Assembly (NCBI GenBank): GCA_015680685.1
Contig: MNCI01000614.1
Location: forward strand, 594,868 to 658,867
DNA from: Gnetum montanum
Taxonomy: Eukaryota > Plantae > Gnetophyta
Direction: 5' to 3'
Length of the DNA stretch: 64,000 bases
The notes under the pieces are model-generated. The model did not search any database. It was not told the origin of the DNA and was given only the letters and a program-made list of their open reading frames with translations. The translations under genes were made by a program, and so were the position numbers. Of the stretch, positions 1 to 14,752 are shown one piece after another. Every line of letters begins with the position of its first letter. Position 1 is the first letter of the stretch.

Positions 1-419
1 TATGCTATGATAAAAACTATATGAAAATCATGTGCCCAAGCACTATATTTATAGGTCAACATATACCCCATGATATCAGATATTTGACATTGCATCTTAG
101 GGTCCAATATTGGGTATTCGATATTGAGGCTCTAATATTGGGTATCCAATATCAGAGTTAGTCAAAACATGACTCATCAAATGGTATCATTTCAAAAATT
201 ACAATTAGTTTATGATGATAATGCGAATAGTTATAGCATTCTAAAAATTGCAATTAGTTCATGATTAAACTACTTAGCCCTATAGGGAAGTAATTTTTTT
301 ATGGTCTAGTTGGAGTGAGATAGTAAATTTGGAATAAATTTTTCTAGGCCCATAGGTATGAATTATTTATTCTACATTTTCTAGTTTTATTGATAATTAT
401 GTTATGTAAATTCATGTAG

Positions 420-3400
420 GTGCAACCTCTACCCATAAGAAGGTTGATATTTACTATTTTTCCTAATTCCTAGTGTGATGTATTTTTTCTTTGGCAAAAG
501 TTACTCTTATAACCTTTGTTCTTGATCCTCATGTTCTAATATTAACTAGGGATATATTTTAGGATTTTAAGGATAAAATCCTCTTTACCTTAGCATGGAT
601 GAACCTTGAATTAGTATTCCATGTGGATATCATAGAACCACACATAGAACCTAGTACACAGGAGGAAAAGAGTTCTTTTGAGTAATGGGAGTGATCCAAC
701 TGCTTAAGCATGATGTTAATTAAAAATCACATAAAAAAGAACATTTGAGGTTCTATTCTTAACAAGGTTAAGGATTTCATGCAAGCCATTGAAGAATAAT
801 TTGTAAAGTTTAATAAGGCAATAGACAACATCCTCATACATAAACTCTTAGGCATTAGGCTTGACAGCACTAAAGGTATGCATGAACATATTATGGAAAT
901 GAGGGATATAGAAGCCCAATTGAAATCTTAGGATTGACTTCTCTAAGACATTTCTTGTTAAATTCATACTTAATTCTCTTTCAAATGAGTTTGGACCATT
1001 TAAAATCTCATGCAACACACATAAAGAAAGTTGGTTAGTAAATGAACTTCTAACTATGTGTGTTCAAATGGAGGAAACAATTAAGCATGAAAAGCTAGAA
1101 AGTGCTAATCTAGCTACTCATGATAAAAGAAAAGGTAAAAAGAGAAAAAGTATTCATAAGGGAAGAAATGAAGGAAGTGTGTTAATAAAACAACATGATG
1201 AAAAGATTGCTTATTTTTTTCTATAAGAAAAAGGGATACATAAAAAGAAATTACCAGAAGTATAAAAAATGGCTTAAGAAGAAATGTAATATGATTTATT
1301 ATGTATGTCATAAATCTTATATTTTTGATGCTTCTCATAATACATTATGTGTTGATTTTGATTGCACAATTCACATATCTACTACCATGCAAGGCTTCCT
1401 CCAACTAAGGCAATCGAAGGGAAATGAATGAAGCATTTATTTAAGAAATCAGATGCATTCTCAAGTGGAGGTTGTTTGGACATTTAGACTAGTATTAGAC
1501 TCTAGATATATTCTAGATCTTCTAGATGCTTTCTATATTCCATAATTTTCTAAGAATTTAGTTTTAGTTTCTAAATTAGTCAAGTATAGATACATGTTTA
1601 ATTTTGAGATTCTAGTTGTAAATTACTTTAAAATAAGATATTGTTGGTTCTTGAAAACTTGTTAATGGTTTGTATAAAATATTCTACTTTTGAATATAAT
1701 ATTTTAACTACACATTTTTACCTTGATAATAAAAGGTGCATCATAAATGAATAATCCTCTAAGATTTGGCATAAAAGATTGGGTCATATCTCCATAGAAA
1801 GAATTAAAAGATTAGTAGACAATGGTGTCTTGATTATCCTTGACTTTACTAATTTTAGTACTTTTATAAAATGCATTAAGGGAAAGTAGACTAAAAAGAA
1901 CACTAAAGGGGCAAAGAGGAGTTCAAATATTCTTAAAATCATACACATAGATATTTGTAAACCTTTGTTCACTCCTTGTTAAAGTGGTTAGAGATACTTT
2001 ATTTCATTCATTGATGATCATCTCTACCTTTTGTTTGATAAAGTAGAGGCATTAGGTTCTTTTAAGATAATCAAAATAGAAATAAAGAAACAAAAGGAAA
2101 ATAAAATCAAGATTATAAGGTCAAATAGGGGAGGAAAATACTATGGGAAGTATACAAAAAAGGGACAAGAATTAAGTCCATTTGCAATGTTCCTTCAAGA
2201 AGAGGGCATTATTGCCTAGTACACCATGCCAAGAACACCACAAAAAAATGGTGTAGTGAAAAGAAGGGACCATACACTTATGGATATTCTAAGATGTATT
2301 ATTAGTAATTCTAATATTTCCTTTACCCTATAGAGTGAGGCCTTAAAGTTGTAGTATATCTTAAATAGGATCCCATCAAAGGCTATTCATAAACACCTTT
2401 TGAATTTTGGAATGGATGGAAGCATAGTTTAAGACACAACAAATTTGTGGATGTCTAGTTGAAGTAAGGGTGTATAACCCAAGATTACAGAAAAATTGAT
2501 CAAAGAACTATCAGTGGATACTTTATTAGCTCTGTAGGAAACTCCAAGGGTTTCAAATTTTATTGTTCCACTCACATACCTAGAATTTTTGAGGCTAGAA
2601 ATGCTAAATTCCTTGAAGAATTTGAATTTAATGAAAATAAAATCCCTCAAGAATTAAAATTTGAGAAACTAAAGGAATGTGATAAATCTTTCATGAATAA
2701 ATAGAGATCAATCATCTCCCAAGGTAATCCAAAGCACACATTAGAAAAGTTATCAAATCAAGAACAACCTCTTCAAGAGAAACATATTATCACTAATGCT
2801 ACCACCTAATATATTCAAACATTGAAGGAGAAGTAGAATTAATAAAGTCTTCAAGATCACAGAAACCAACAATTCTTCTAACTATGTTGTATACCTTCAA
2901 GATTCTAACTTTGATGTTGGACTTGAAGATGATCCTATGTCATTTTCACAAGCCATGAGTGGAGAAATTTTACATTTTGGTATGATGCCATGAAAGAAGT
3001 GATAGATTCTATGGCTAAAAATTAAGTTTTTAACCTTGTCAAATTGCCAAGAGGAGCTTCAACAATTGGCTATAAAACCAAAAGAAATACTTCTAGTAAT
3101 GTTGAACGATATAGAGCTAGACTTATAGTTAAAGGATTTACTCAAAAGAAGAGCATTGATTACCATGAAACCTTCTCTCCAGTATCAATGAAGGATTTAG
3201 TTAGAATAATTATGGCTTTGGTGGTGCATTTTTTTAGAGCTATACCAAATGGATGTGAAAACAACATTCTTCAATGGGGATCTTAAAGAAGATGTGTACA
3301 TGAAAAAAATTGATGGATTTTGTAAAAATGATCACTTGGATTATAAGTTAAGGAAGTTAATAGATAGAATAAAGCAAGCCTCTTGATAATATTATTTAAA

Positions 3401-4457
3401 ATTTCATAACTTTATGGTCTCATTTCGTTTTATTAAGAACATTGTTGTTCAATGTATATACCTTAAGGTTAGTACAAAAAAACGTCATCTTTTTGGACCT
3501 TTATGTGGATGACATCTTACTGGCATGTAGTGACATTGATTTGCTACATGATATAAAGCAATTCCTCTTTCAAAATCTTAAAATGAAGGATATGGATGAA
3601 GCCTCCTATGTCATTGGGATAGAGATTTACAAAGATAGACATCAAAGGATATTAGGACTGTCTCAAAGGATCTACATTGAAAAGGTTTTAAAGAGATTTA
3701 AAATGAAGAATTGCTCACCTATAGTAGCTTCAATAATGAAAGGAAATAAACTTAGCTTGAAGTAATGCCCAAAAAACTCATTGGAACAAAAGCAAATGAA
3801 AGGCATACCTTATGCATTTGTTGTTGGTAGCCTTATTAATGTGCAAGTATATACAAGACCTAATATAAGTTTTGTAGTAGGAATGCTTAGTAGATACCAA
3901 AGTAATTTAGGCATCAAGCATTGGAAAGTTACTAAAAGAGTCATGAGGGATTTGCAAGAAACTAAGAACTACAAGCTTACATACGGGCACATCAACTATC
4001 TAGAAGTGGTTGGATATTTAGATTCAAATTTTGTTGGATATGTAGACTCTAGAAAATCAACTTTTGGATATGTATTTACATTCATTGGAGGGGTCATATC
4101 TTCGAAGAGTACTAAGAAAACAATAGTTCCTACATCTACAATGGAGGAAAAATTCATTACTTTCCATGAAGCTACATCACATTTATTATGGTTGAGAGAT
4201 TTTATAACTAGCTTAAGAATTATTGATGTCATCATAAGGCCAATATAGATATATTTTGATAATTTTACTGCAATTTTCATTTTTTAGAATAATAGAAGTG
4301 GACATCATAATAAGCATATCAATATAAGGTTCCTTATTGTTAAGGATAGATTCAAAAAGCATGAAGTTGATATTTAGCATATTAGCATTGAATTGATGAT
4401 TGTTGATTTTATGACTAAAGCTTTAACAACAAAATAGTACATGGATTATGTAAATCA
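420..4457 (+). mobile_element. Degenerate Ty1/copia LTR retrotransposon gag-pol (gag-PR-INT-RT-RNaseH), tentatively Ikeros-like
   Basis: Copia domain order with many stops and frameshifts: GAG-pre-integrase IWHKRLGHIS (~1765), integrase IKIIRSNRGGKY (2031-2219), RT YRARLIVKGFTQKKSIDYHETFSP and LYVDDILL (3044-3765), RNase H GYLDSNF..SRKSTFGY (3781-4248). Cut at 4458 by the next insertion. Confidence 0.93.
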
Positions 4458-5514
4458 TGTGGACCTTTTGGTGTGTTGAAATGTTAAGTAGAATGGAGTC
4501 AAAGGTTATTTGTGTGGTTGTGTTTGTAGGATAAGAATGTGGATTAAGATAAGAAGACCTGCAGAAGCTTAAGAACATAAACAAGGAATGAAGAATTCAA
4601 TAGCAAAGAAAGGTTAAAGAAAGACATCTCCAAGGAATAGTAGATGTCTTGGTAGAACTGAAGGTAGCATAGGCGAAGATGTTCTATAAAATAGTAGATG
4701 TCTTTCATTAGACAAATATGTCTTTCATCAGACAAAGACATCTTTCATTAAAGAAACACATCTTCTCAGAATGAAGACTAGTCATAGAAAGATGTCTTTC
4801 ACCAGAAGAACATGTCTTTCCAAAATGGAAGCTAGATGTAGAAAGATGTCTCAATCACAAAGAAGACATCTTTCATGATCATTAGCTAGCTATTACATAA
4901 GTTCCAAGATGAATTTAAAAAAATAGTAGCTAGAAGAAGACATCATTCTCATTAGGAAATATGCAAGCTTTTGTACTATGATTGTGTAATCATTGTTGCT
5001 CCTCATTGTTCTATCTTTTGTCTATTGTAAAGTGAGTTGTAACTCAAGTATAGGGATTATCAAACTACGTTGCATTCATCCCTTGGAATTTTTTTTCTCT
5101 TCTATTACCCTATGGGGTTGATGTGCTTCTTACGAGAAGGCATCTTGCTTAAGCTTAGTAGGATCCTATGGGATTTAGTGTTGTTGTAGCACCACAACAC
5201 TTTGGAGCAGAGCTCAAGTTGTAAAGGTTGTGTGATCCTAGAAGCCAATTTCTAAGCTTGTTCGGACCCTATGAGATTGAGTGGATTCATAGAATTGAAT
5301 CACTATGGAGTGGAGCTTAGAGCTTGTACAAGGTATGGTACCCTTCAAGTTACATTTCAAAGAAACAAAGTTTGAAGGTGTACTTGCAATCTACCCTTTG
5401 AGTGTGGACTACCTAAGCTGGGAAACCATGTTAAATTTGGTATGTGTGCTTTTTCCCAAAGATTTTTAATTTGGAGCATTTATTCATCCTCCCTTCTAAG
5501 TTCAATGATCCATA
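4458..5514 (+). repeat. 5' LTR of the SIRE-type element, with degenerate aagatgtctttc-type U3 repeats (4550-4945)
   Basis: Starts with TG, matches 9198-9302, and is followed by ag plus the PBS. Confidence 0.8.
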
Positions 5515-5516
5515 AG

Positions 5517-5528
5517 TGGTATTGGAGC
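5517..5528 (+). promoter_or_regulatory. Primer-binding site (tRNA-iMet, decayed TGGTATCAGAGC)
   Basis: tggtattggagc lies directly after the LTR end. Confidence 0.8.
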
Positions 5529-5560
5529 ATGGTAGTTTTCATCATCATTAAAAGTGAACA

Positions 5561-6885
5561 ATGGAGGGGACATCTTATACAAAGCCATCCATGTTTGATG
5601 GATTTGAATTCACCTATTGGAAAGCTAGAATGCAAGGATTATTTGAATCCATGGAGTTTGAAGTTTGGGAAGCAATCCTTAAAGGCTACACTCTGCTTGT
5701 CTACAGCTCCATAGGCATCATCAAGCCTCACACCAAATAGATAGAAGAGGAGAAAGATAAGTTTATGTTTGATTCAAAAGTAAATAATTTTATATATTAC
5801 ACTTTGAATAAATCTGAATTTAATTGAATAGAAGGATGTAAATGGTCAAAGAAATTTGGAAAGCTTTAGAAGCTACTTATGAAGGAACCTCTATTATTAA
5901 GCAATTGAAATTGTTAGTTTTGCAAAGTGAATATGAAAAGCTTAAAATTAGAGAAGGTAAGAAAATAAAAGATTATTTATTTAGAGCTAAAAATATTGTT
6001 GTAGCTATTAGAAGAATAGGAAAAGATTCATCCAAAATCAATGTCATCATCAAAATGATTAGAACTCTATAGCTAGAGTTCAGATTGAAGGTCATGTCTA
6101 TGGAAGAAATTAGAAATTTCTCAACTTTGATGTTTGAAGAGCTTCAAAGTGCTCTCATTACTTATGAAATGAATCTCATAAGTGAAGGAGCCATCCAAGA
6201 AAGACCTATTTCTCTAAAGACTACCTCTAAGGAGAAGGAACTCAATGTGCATGATGAGGGTAGCGAAGATGAGTTTACCTTTCTCTTGAGGAAGCTACAA
6301 TAATTGCTAAAAAGAAGAAACAATGGAGAATTTTAACAAAGACCCAATCTACTCAAAGGTAGAGAAAGAGGTAAAAGATTTTTAAATTCTAACTTAGATT
6401 TCTCTTCTATAGAATGTTAGGTTTATGAAGGAAGAGGCCATATGGCCTTTGAATGTCGTAGTGATAGTAGGGTTCAACTAAAGAAAAAATCCAATGATGA
6501 GGAATTAAAAAAGATGAACTTTTATACAAGTTGGGAAGATGGTGAGCAAATTGAAGAAGAAGCATGAAATTCTTCCAAATATTTACATCTCTTATGCATG
6601 GCACTTACAAATAAAAATTCTTCACATATTGCTAAACAAGGTGGTAAGTGTGATGAAAAGTATAGTGAACTTAAAGAAGAAATTTTTATTTTACATTATT
6701 TGATTAGGAAGGTAAAGAAATTTCTAATTTCTAAGATAGATGTTATTCACATTGAAGTGAGAGGAGAGATGTTAGACATAAAAGCTGAGATTCAACAACT
6801 AACTTGTCTAAATAAGAATTATAGAAAGGTTCAAGAAGAAAAGACTCCTAAAAAACAACCAAAGAATTTGGAGAAAGTCACATAG
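5561..6885 (+). pseudogene. gag: Copia gag pseudogene
   Basis: MEGTSYTKPSMFDGFEFTYWKARM.., KEIWKALEATYEGT (5842-6072), ELQSALITYE, and a zinc-knuckle remnant GHMAFEC at ~6440. Confidence 0.8.
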
Positions 6886-9197
6886 GAAGATGCAAGTTCA
6901 AGCTCAAGCATAGTCAGGTTTGATAATATTAATCATGAGGAGAATATTTTATTTTTTTGTAAGAATTGTGGTAGTAAGAAAATACTTAACTATTCTCATG
7001 ATGATCAAAACAAAATTGATGCTTGGACTTGTCAAAAGGACTTTGGTAAGGAAATTGTGCATGCACAAAATGAAGAAAAGTGAAGAATAAAAAATGATGA
7101 AATAAGTGATCAAGGATTCTTTCATAAGGAACATAGACAAACAAAGAAATCATATAAAAAACTAATGAAAAAGAACCTAAGGATGAGGAGGTACTTCATG
7201 ATAGGGAACCTCATCTCAAACTCCATTAATCTTCTCTTCTCACTTACAAGCAAGTTAAGTCAAGGTAAGTTTCAATCTCTTTTCTTGATAGTTAATTTAT
7301 AAGTATATGATTTGAGAAGTCAAAAATTGTTTTTAATTTGTGTCATGTCTAGATCAAAAATTTGATGGGTTGATTGTTTAGAGTATCTCTTATATTTATT
7401 TTGAGCTTGATGAAATTGGTTTTATGAAAACATGTAATGTAGTACTTGTAATGATTTCATTTGGGCCTTTATCTTGGAATAATCTTAGTTGAGTTTCTTA
7501 TCTAGCCTTCAATCTTACATCGTTTGAACTTCTTATGATGATTATTTTCTAAGCTCATGTCCTTTGGGATGCTTTAGCCATTGTTGTAATAGTCATGAAT
7601 TTTAAGTAGGCACAACTTTGAATATACTATCCATATTATTGATTGAAGATCTTAGTCTTCACATTTAATCCTAATGCTGACTTGCAATTGTAGTGCTTTT
7701 TTGGTTTACAATGGTCATTTCCTTGACAAATACAAGATGATCTTAAAAGCTCAAGAAGAGCTGCATATGTGTAGGGGGAGCTTGTTCCTTATTATCTATC
7801 ATTATCTTAGAGGTCACCAATGTAGGGGAAGTCTTTGGAGACTTTTGCCAAGAAACACTCAAGCAAAAAAATATTATATTACAAATGTGAGCAAGAAAAG
7901 AACACCAAAAAGTGTTTTTCTTTTAAAAGGATGGAAAAGTCTTGGATTTGTATTCATGATCTCCTATGGTAAGAAACAAGGTATATGAATATATCTATAG
8001 ATTCACTATCAGCATTATTATCATCTTGTTTTGGATAAAAAGTGATTGGTTATGCTTGTTCCATTGCCTTGTCCTAAAAGCTAAATATGCATGTTTCTTT
8101 CATAGACTTCCATATCCTTTTATTGATTTTTTTCAAGTAAGAGAATTCTGGTTGAGTATAGAGATACAAGTTTTAATGAGCCATTTATTTCAAATAGATA
8201 AGTTACTTGTTCCTAACTACTCTATCATTGGTTTTTAGCACCCAATTTTAAATTCTCTTAGTTGTTTGTTGTTATTTGAATTAGTTGTAGCTCCTTGTTT
8301 TTGAACTAAAAAGAGCAGATCTCAATGTATGGAGATATTCATCACCAGCCCACCTATTCGATATTCAAGCATTTGTACTCTTCACCTAATTTTTCCACCT
8401 AATGTATTTATTAGTACTTAAGCTTTCTCTCTTTTTAATTGTGAACCAAGCTGAAGCAAGAAGTACTCATATCTTTATGAAAGGATGCAAATAATTGATA
8501 TTATTTCTCACATCAATATGAGCAAAAAATTGATTATTCTCTTTATGGTAAAATATCCAAGGTAAAAGTATTCTTTGATCAAAACATCCTTTGAATATTT
8601 TGTCTTGAGATATACTTCATAGCTAAGGTATTTAAATTTGGCATGACTAGTTACAAATCATGTGGTCCAAATATGTATTGCTACTCATTTACTCTCCTCA
8701 TCACAACAATTTCTATGCCTTATTCTTTTGCTAATGTTTTAAAAAGAAGGAAAATATTGGAAAATTAGAGAACCATGTGATATCTACTACTAATGGTTTA
8801 TTGGTTTAGAGACAGGTTACTTGATCTTCAAGGATCATACTTTACTTCAAGCTTTAAGTTTTTATATAATCTTGAATATCAATTGAAAGGCTTGGATCAG
8901 TTCATAGCATATCAGGGACATCTCTTCATGGAAATTAGTGTTAAAGGATGAGTACTCTTTAATTGATATTCTTGCTTAGCTAAATGTTTTTATCTCTTTG
9001 GGATTATCATATGATGTTGGTTATGTATATTCTATGATGTTGCTCTTTTATGATGTCTATTTAAACACTTGTTTATGTGCTTTATCCTTTTTACTGCTAT
9101 TCAAAAAAGGGGAGAGTAGTTTATGATATATTTGGAGGTTCTGCATGTCTATTAACCCATTTTTTGAAATTTTGAACATCACCAGAAAAGGGAAGAT

Positions 9198-9302
9198 TGT
9201 GGACCTTTTGGTGTGTCAAAATGTTCAGTAAAATGGAGTCAAAAGTTATTTGTATGGTTTTGTGGTTGTTGTGTTTATATGAAAAGAATGTGGATTAAGA
9301 TA
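9198..9302 (+). repeat. Truncated 3' LTR of the SIRE-type element, preceded by a PPT
   Basis: agaaaagggaagat|tgtggacc; matches 4458-4551 and then breaks into gypsy RT. Confidence 0.8.
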
Positions 9303-12130
9303 TGCCAGCATCACATCTATATCGATTCAAACATGAAGCTAAAGAGGTAGCAGCAATGGTGGTTGAATCCCAAATTGAACTAGATCATCAAAGAGGAAAT
9401 TGAACAACTCTTGAAGGTAGGGTTCATCTATGCAATTGTAGATAGTAAGTGAATTAGCCCACTCTTGATCGTGCCAAAGAAAGACTGAAAGTGGTGGATC
9501 TATATTGATTTTAGGTTGTTGAACATGACAACATTCAAAGATCAATTTCCATTGTCATTTGTGGACTAGGTGTTGGATATTTTTGGGCATTGCTATTATA
9601 GTGTTCTAGATGGTTATAGTGGTTATAACCAGATTTAGATCATGCCCAAGGATAAGACCAAGAAACATTCACAAGTCCCTAGGGAGCTTTTGCATATAAA
9701 ACGATGCCTTTTTGTCTATGCAATGCCCCTGCAACATTCCAATGTCTTTTCTTGAGTATTTTTAGTAGTATATTGGTAGCAGGGTGGAAGTCTTCATGGA
9801 TGACTTCTCCACCTATGGAACTACATTTAAGCAAGCCCTGGACCACCTTTAGCAAGTTCTTAAAAGACACATGGAGATTAGTTTTTAACTTAATTGGTAG
9901 AAGAGCCATCTCATGGTCTAGGAAGGAATTATGTTGGGACATAAAATATCACAAGAAGATTGAGGTGGACTCTAAAAAGATTAGGATCATCCAAGGAATC
10001 ACTTGTGAATGCAAAATAGTTAAAGATGTTTGATAATTCTTTAGACACATTGGCTACTACTAGCAATTCATAGAGAATTTCTTAAAGATCATGAAACCAT
10101 TCGTCGAATGCCTGATTGGTCTTGTCCATTTCACATCATGATGGATGCATTAAACTATGCCTTGTAAGCTATGCTTACATAGTTGGATGATCAAAAACAT
10201 CCTTATTACATCCACTATGCAAGCAAAGCATTGTTGGTGCACAACACAAGTACACCATAATGGAGAAAGAATTGATGGTGGTGGTGTATGCCTTAGAGAA
10301 ATTTAGGCTTACATGGTGGCTAATGATCTTATAGGAGTTCAGTTTTATAATGGTAGATCAAAAAGAAACTAAGAACATGGTCACTGATAACTTGTCTTAC
10401 TTACAATGGGATAACAAAGAGGAGGAGAGCCTGTGTTTTCTTTGCTAGTGCAATAAATGGACAAGTGCCCAATGAACCAAAATGGTATGATGACATCCTA
10501 ACTTATCTTCTCATTCAAGAGATGTAACAATATTTGGATCACTGGAAGAAATAATAGTTTCTTCATTAAGCCAAACACTTCATGGAAATCAATAGATAAC
10601 TTTACAGGGTGTGTGCTGATGTCCTAGTTTGTTGGTGTGTTCCTAATGTAGATCAACTACATGTTCTTCAAGACACTCATGAGGACCCTTGTGGGGGTCA
10701 CTATGTAGGGAGATGCATGAACATTAATATCCTACTGGCAAGGTATTACTGGCCAATAATCTTTAGGGACGTTTATCAATTTATCTACTCTTGTGAACAC
10801 TGTCAATGAGATGGTGGGATGACTACTCGAATGGAGAGACCTCAACAGTGGATCCAACCATTGGAACCCTTTGACATTTGGAGCATAGACTTCATGGGTT
10901 CCATCATGCCCATATCAAATGAAAAGGTGTACATAATAGTTTTTGTTGGCTATTGTACCAAATGGGTATAAGTAGTAGCCATCACCAACTGTACACCTTC
11001 CACCACTACTTTTTTTGTATAATAGAATATTATAAATAGGTTTGGAGTACCACGTGCACTAATTTTTGACAATGGAACTCACTTTACAGGTACTATCTTT
11101 CACAAGCTCCTGTAATGCTTGGGGGTTGAACATAAACTAACAACACCTTATCACCCCAAAGCTAATGATCAAGCTAAATTCACCAATAGGGAGATTGCTA
11201 AGATCTTAATGAGAACAATTAGCAAATATATGAGAGACTAAAGCATGAAACTCAATGATGCATTAGGCCTACCACTTCCCATGAAAACTCCCTATAGGCT
11301 ACTCTCCTTATGAGCAAGTGTATGGAAAACTTCCAACTCTTCCTATTTAATTCGATCTTCGTACACTTTCAATAGCCTATGATTTAGATCTTAACCTAAG
11401 CCTAGCATAGAAAGAAATATTGATCAACCTTAACATGATAGATGAAAATAAATTGGTAGCCCTATCATTGAATGAAGTGCACAAGGCATTCAACAAAAAA
11501 TTCCATGACCTTAGAATAAGGAAAGTTAAATTTCAACTTAGAGACAAAGTTCTCTATTGGAACCCCACATATGTACCTCAATGAACTAAGTTCCAAACAT
11601 TGTGGGAAGGTCCTTACATCATTTATGAAACCTTTCCTTCTACGGCCATGTTAATTTACAAACTTGTGAGCCCAAACAAGAAGCAACTGGTCAACATGAA
11701 ACAACCCAAACCTTTCCATGAGCCTAAGCAAGCCAGTGAAAGAAATGCCTTATTAGATGGACACCCACACTTAATCTTTCACATCTCCTCCTTTCAACTC
11801 AGTTGTGGAGAAGATGGCCATCCATTCTAATTTCTTAAGTGGCTCCTTAGTTTCTCTACCTTTTTTTTTACAATTTTTTGTTTTGCGCTTTATTGTTTTT
11901 ACACTTTCTTTGTTTTTATACATTTTTTTTCACTTTGTTATTTTTCCAAATTTTTGTTTTACAACATTGTGAGTATGTTTTATTTTTCTTGAATATTTTA
12001 CAAATTATTTTATATTTTTCTTTATTCTGATGTGGATTTTCCTTATTTTCTAATAAAGTGCTTTATTGCCAACATGACACAATGACATTGTAGTTGTTTG
12101 CTAATGGTGATTTGTACCTAATGTTTTTAA
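9303..12130 (+). mobile_element. pol: Athila-like Ty3/gypsy pol fragment (RT-RNaseH-INT) plus start of the 3' UTR
   Basis: LDGYSGYNQI and MPFCLCNAPATFQ (RT), EKELMVVVYALEKF (RH), H..PCGGH...CEHCQ zinc finger, TPYHP, WEGPY C-terminal module. Same family as 53340-58162 on the minus strand. Confidence 0.9.
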
Positions 12131-13889
12131 TTGCTAATGTTTGGGTTCTATTTTTGAATTTTGATGAGTGAAGCTTTTTGGACTGGTGTTTATCATAGCA
12201 TTAGGGTTTAGATCTAAGGAACTTTTCTTTAGGACATAAATCTAAACATAAAGACTTTCGTAATTACCTACTTAATTTCTTGAATTGCTTTTGCATTTGT
12301 TGATCATAACAAATATCTGGGTTTACCTCATTAATAAATTGTTGAATGGCATTAAAGCTTATTTCTTCTACCTTCAGATCTTGCTATTTCAGTTCTTGTA
12401 AGATACATATTACATAATAGTTGAGGTAAATAGTTGAGCAATTGTTCTTTAGCATCATGTTCATGGGTTAATTTGCCAAGATAGTACCATTCTTCCATGG
12501 TGTCTAAAAATGCTAGCAAATCTTCTATTCTATCTAACCTAGCCTTAAATAATCTATCTCAATATAAGTCATCATATTTATTCTTATCACAAAGAAATTC
12601 TTTTATTATGGCATTGATAATTAACATAGAAGGGCCATTTAATAGTTTCCTTTTTACATATCTTGGTATATGATTCCACCATCTCCTTAACATATCCCTA
12701 AAATTAAATGTGGTATTTAGAATAGCATGTTTGGAGAGTTTTCTTTCTAGAATAATTTGGTTATCAATGAAACCTTGGATATTATCTATGGTATCTTACC
12801 CTCCTTTGATATCTTTACCATCCATAGTAAAGGTTGGTGCTTTGTCACTAAATTTTTGCATTTGGACACTTGAGTAAATTTGAGGTGCTTCATGAAAGAT
12901 ACCATGAGTTTTTAATAAGGTTTCTTCATCTGAATCAAGAGATGCTACAAATCCAGTGTTGTCATTGGATATTTACATTTTATCCTTGATGTTAACACTT
13001 ACTACCTTCTCCTTGCCTTTTCCTTTTGAGCTTTCTTTAGCTTTTTGCTTTACTCTATACCTAGCTCTATGGGATCTACCTATGTAAGGAGGTGATCTTT
13101 GGCTTAGGGCTATAGGAAGATGATGTTTTCTTATGTGGTTTTGGACTTTGGCTAGATTTCTTTTTGGGAACCCATACCTTGTGCATTTCATGTATTTTTT
13201 CTTTGATCACTTCTTATGCTATATTATTTATATAGTTTTGATCTAAAAGTAAACCTATTATATTGTTAGCCTAGTTTTGCAATTGGATTGTGTCTGTTGT
13301 AGTGTCGAATGTCTTTTTTTCTTGTAACATATATATGACCTCTTGAGGAATTTGTTTATCTTCACTAGAGTCTCCTTCATTCATGTTTATCCTAAGAAGG
13401 ACATCACATTCCATACAATGGTAATGTTTGTCTTGTTTTTATATAGAATGGTGCTAATAGGAGGGATCTATGAAAGATTGTTCTATTGAGGAAGAAGAAT
13501 CTTGAATTTCTTCTACATTTTGTTGAGAAGATGAGACTTCTTCTATGATGACTTTTCCTTTATCTTTTGATGAAACTGGTCCTAAAACCTTTTATAAATC
13601 TAACAAGATATTTAATTCTTTAAATAGTTTTGTCATTTTTTCAGCTAATTTGATTTTTTCTTCCTAATCTTGTTGCTCCTTTTCTATAGGGACTCTAAAA
13701 GAGGATGTTGAAGTCCTAGAGATAAGATCTAATGGATTTGTAACTAGAGGGAGAATTCTCTTTAGCTTTGGCTTCTTTTTAAAGAGATCTTCATAGAGAG
13801 GATCATATTTTGTAAACTTTAGGTCTTGCAATTAAACCTAATATCTGTGTTTACAAAATTTAGATTTCTTAGGCCTTAAGTAATCATAG

Positions 13890-14660
13890 AATTATTCTTG
13901 TATATCATTTAGATTTGGATATAATCTGTTTGTCCGCAGATCTTTAGTATCAATATTTACTCCATACTCTAAGTTGGTAGATCCAACTTGTATTAATTTT
14001 TGACCAAAAAGGAATAAATTTTTAATACTAGTGGATTCAAAAAATTTAAATATTAATATAGTTCCTATTGTAGCATAAACATCATTTTGTACCATATCTA
14101 ATGGAATGTAAGCTATGATCATTAAGCTATCAAAAAGATTAGGGTTAGGGAGAAAAAGGGTGAAGTTAGGAAGTGTGATTACTAAGGTGTTAGCTTCTAA
14201 GTGTCCTTTAGCTTGAGTAATGATTGCATCTTCAAAATTCTTAAATCATCTATTGATCAAAGAAATCCAATATGGATTTTTCAAGTGGCAGTTGAATTGG
14301 GGGGATGAGTGTGAACATCGACTTCTGCTACATGAATGTAATTGTACCCTTGCTTAATCCATTTGGAAACCTCATTTGGGGAGAAAAATATGAGTGATAT
14401 TGGTTAGAGACTAGATTTGTAGATTTCTAAATCACACTCGGAGAGATGCATACTTGAAAAGATTTCTAATGGATTAATACTACTCATAGAATAGATTTCA
14501 CATTGTTTAGATATTGGCAAGAAAAATGTGCTTTGTTTATTACTACAGTATAATGATAAGAAATGAACATAAGAACTAGAGGAAGACGAACCTGAAAGTG
14601 TGTGAGATGATGCTACCATTGTTGAAGTAGAAGTCATTGCCACATTGCAAATGAGCATCT
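13890..14660 (-). pseudogene. Caulimovirid 30K-superfamily movement protein
   Basis: KQGYNYIHVAEVDVHTHPQF..WISLINR.FKNFEDAIITQAKGHL..LPNFTL.LPNPNLFDSL fits the 30K MP core. Confidence 0.85.
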
Positions 14661-14752
14661 TACTAGCCTATCCATTGGCCTTCCTGTGCATCTTACTCCC
14701 TCGACACCTCAATGACTAACAACTTTGATGTATATGAAAAATGTTGAGCAAC

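Larger units (their letters stand above)
4458..9302 (+). mobile_element. Non-autonomous (gag-only) SIRE/Sirevirus-type Ty1/copia element; 3' LTR truncated
   Basis: The LTR start tgtggaccttttggtgtg occurs at 4458 and 9198. There is a Met PBS at 5517, a C-rich U5 signal attcatcctcccttcta at ~5482, and several AGGGGGAG-like purine tracts (~7774, ~7823, ~9105, ~9186). No INT or RT is recognisable between gag and the PPT. Confidence 0.8.

Noticed and set aside
176-190. PBS and LTR end for the first copia element
   Set aside because: Only tggtatca matches, and no second LTR is available to confirm it.
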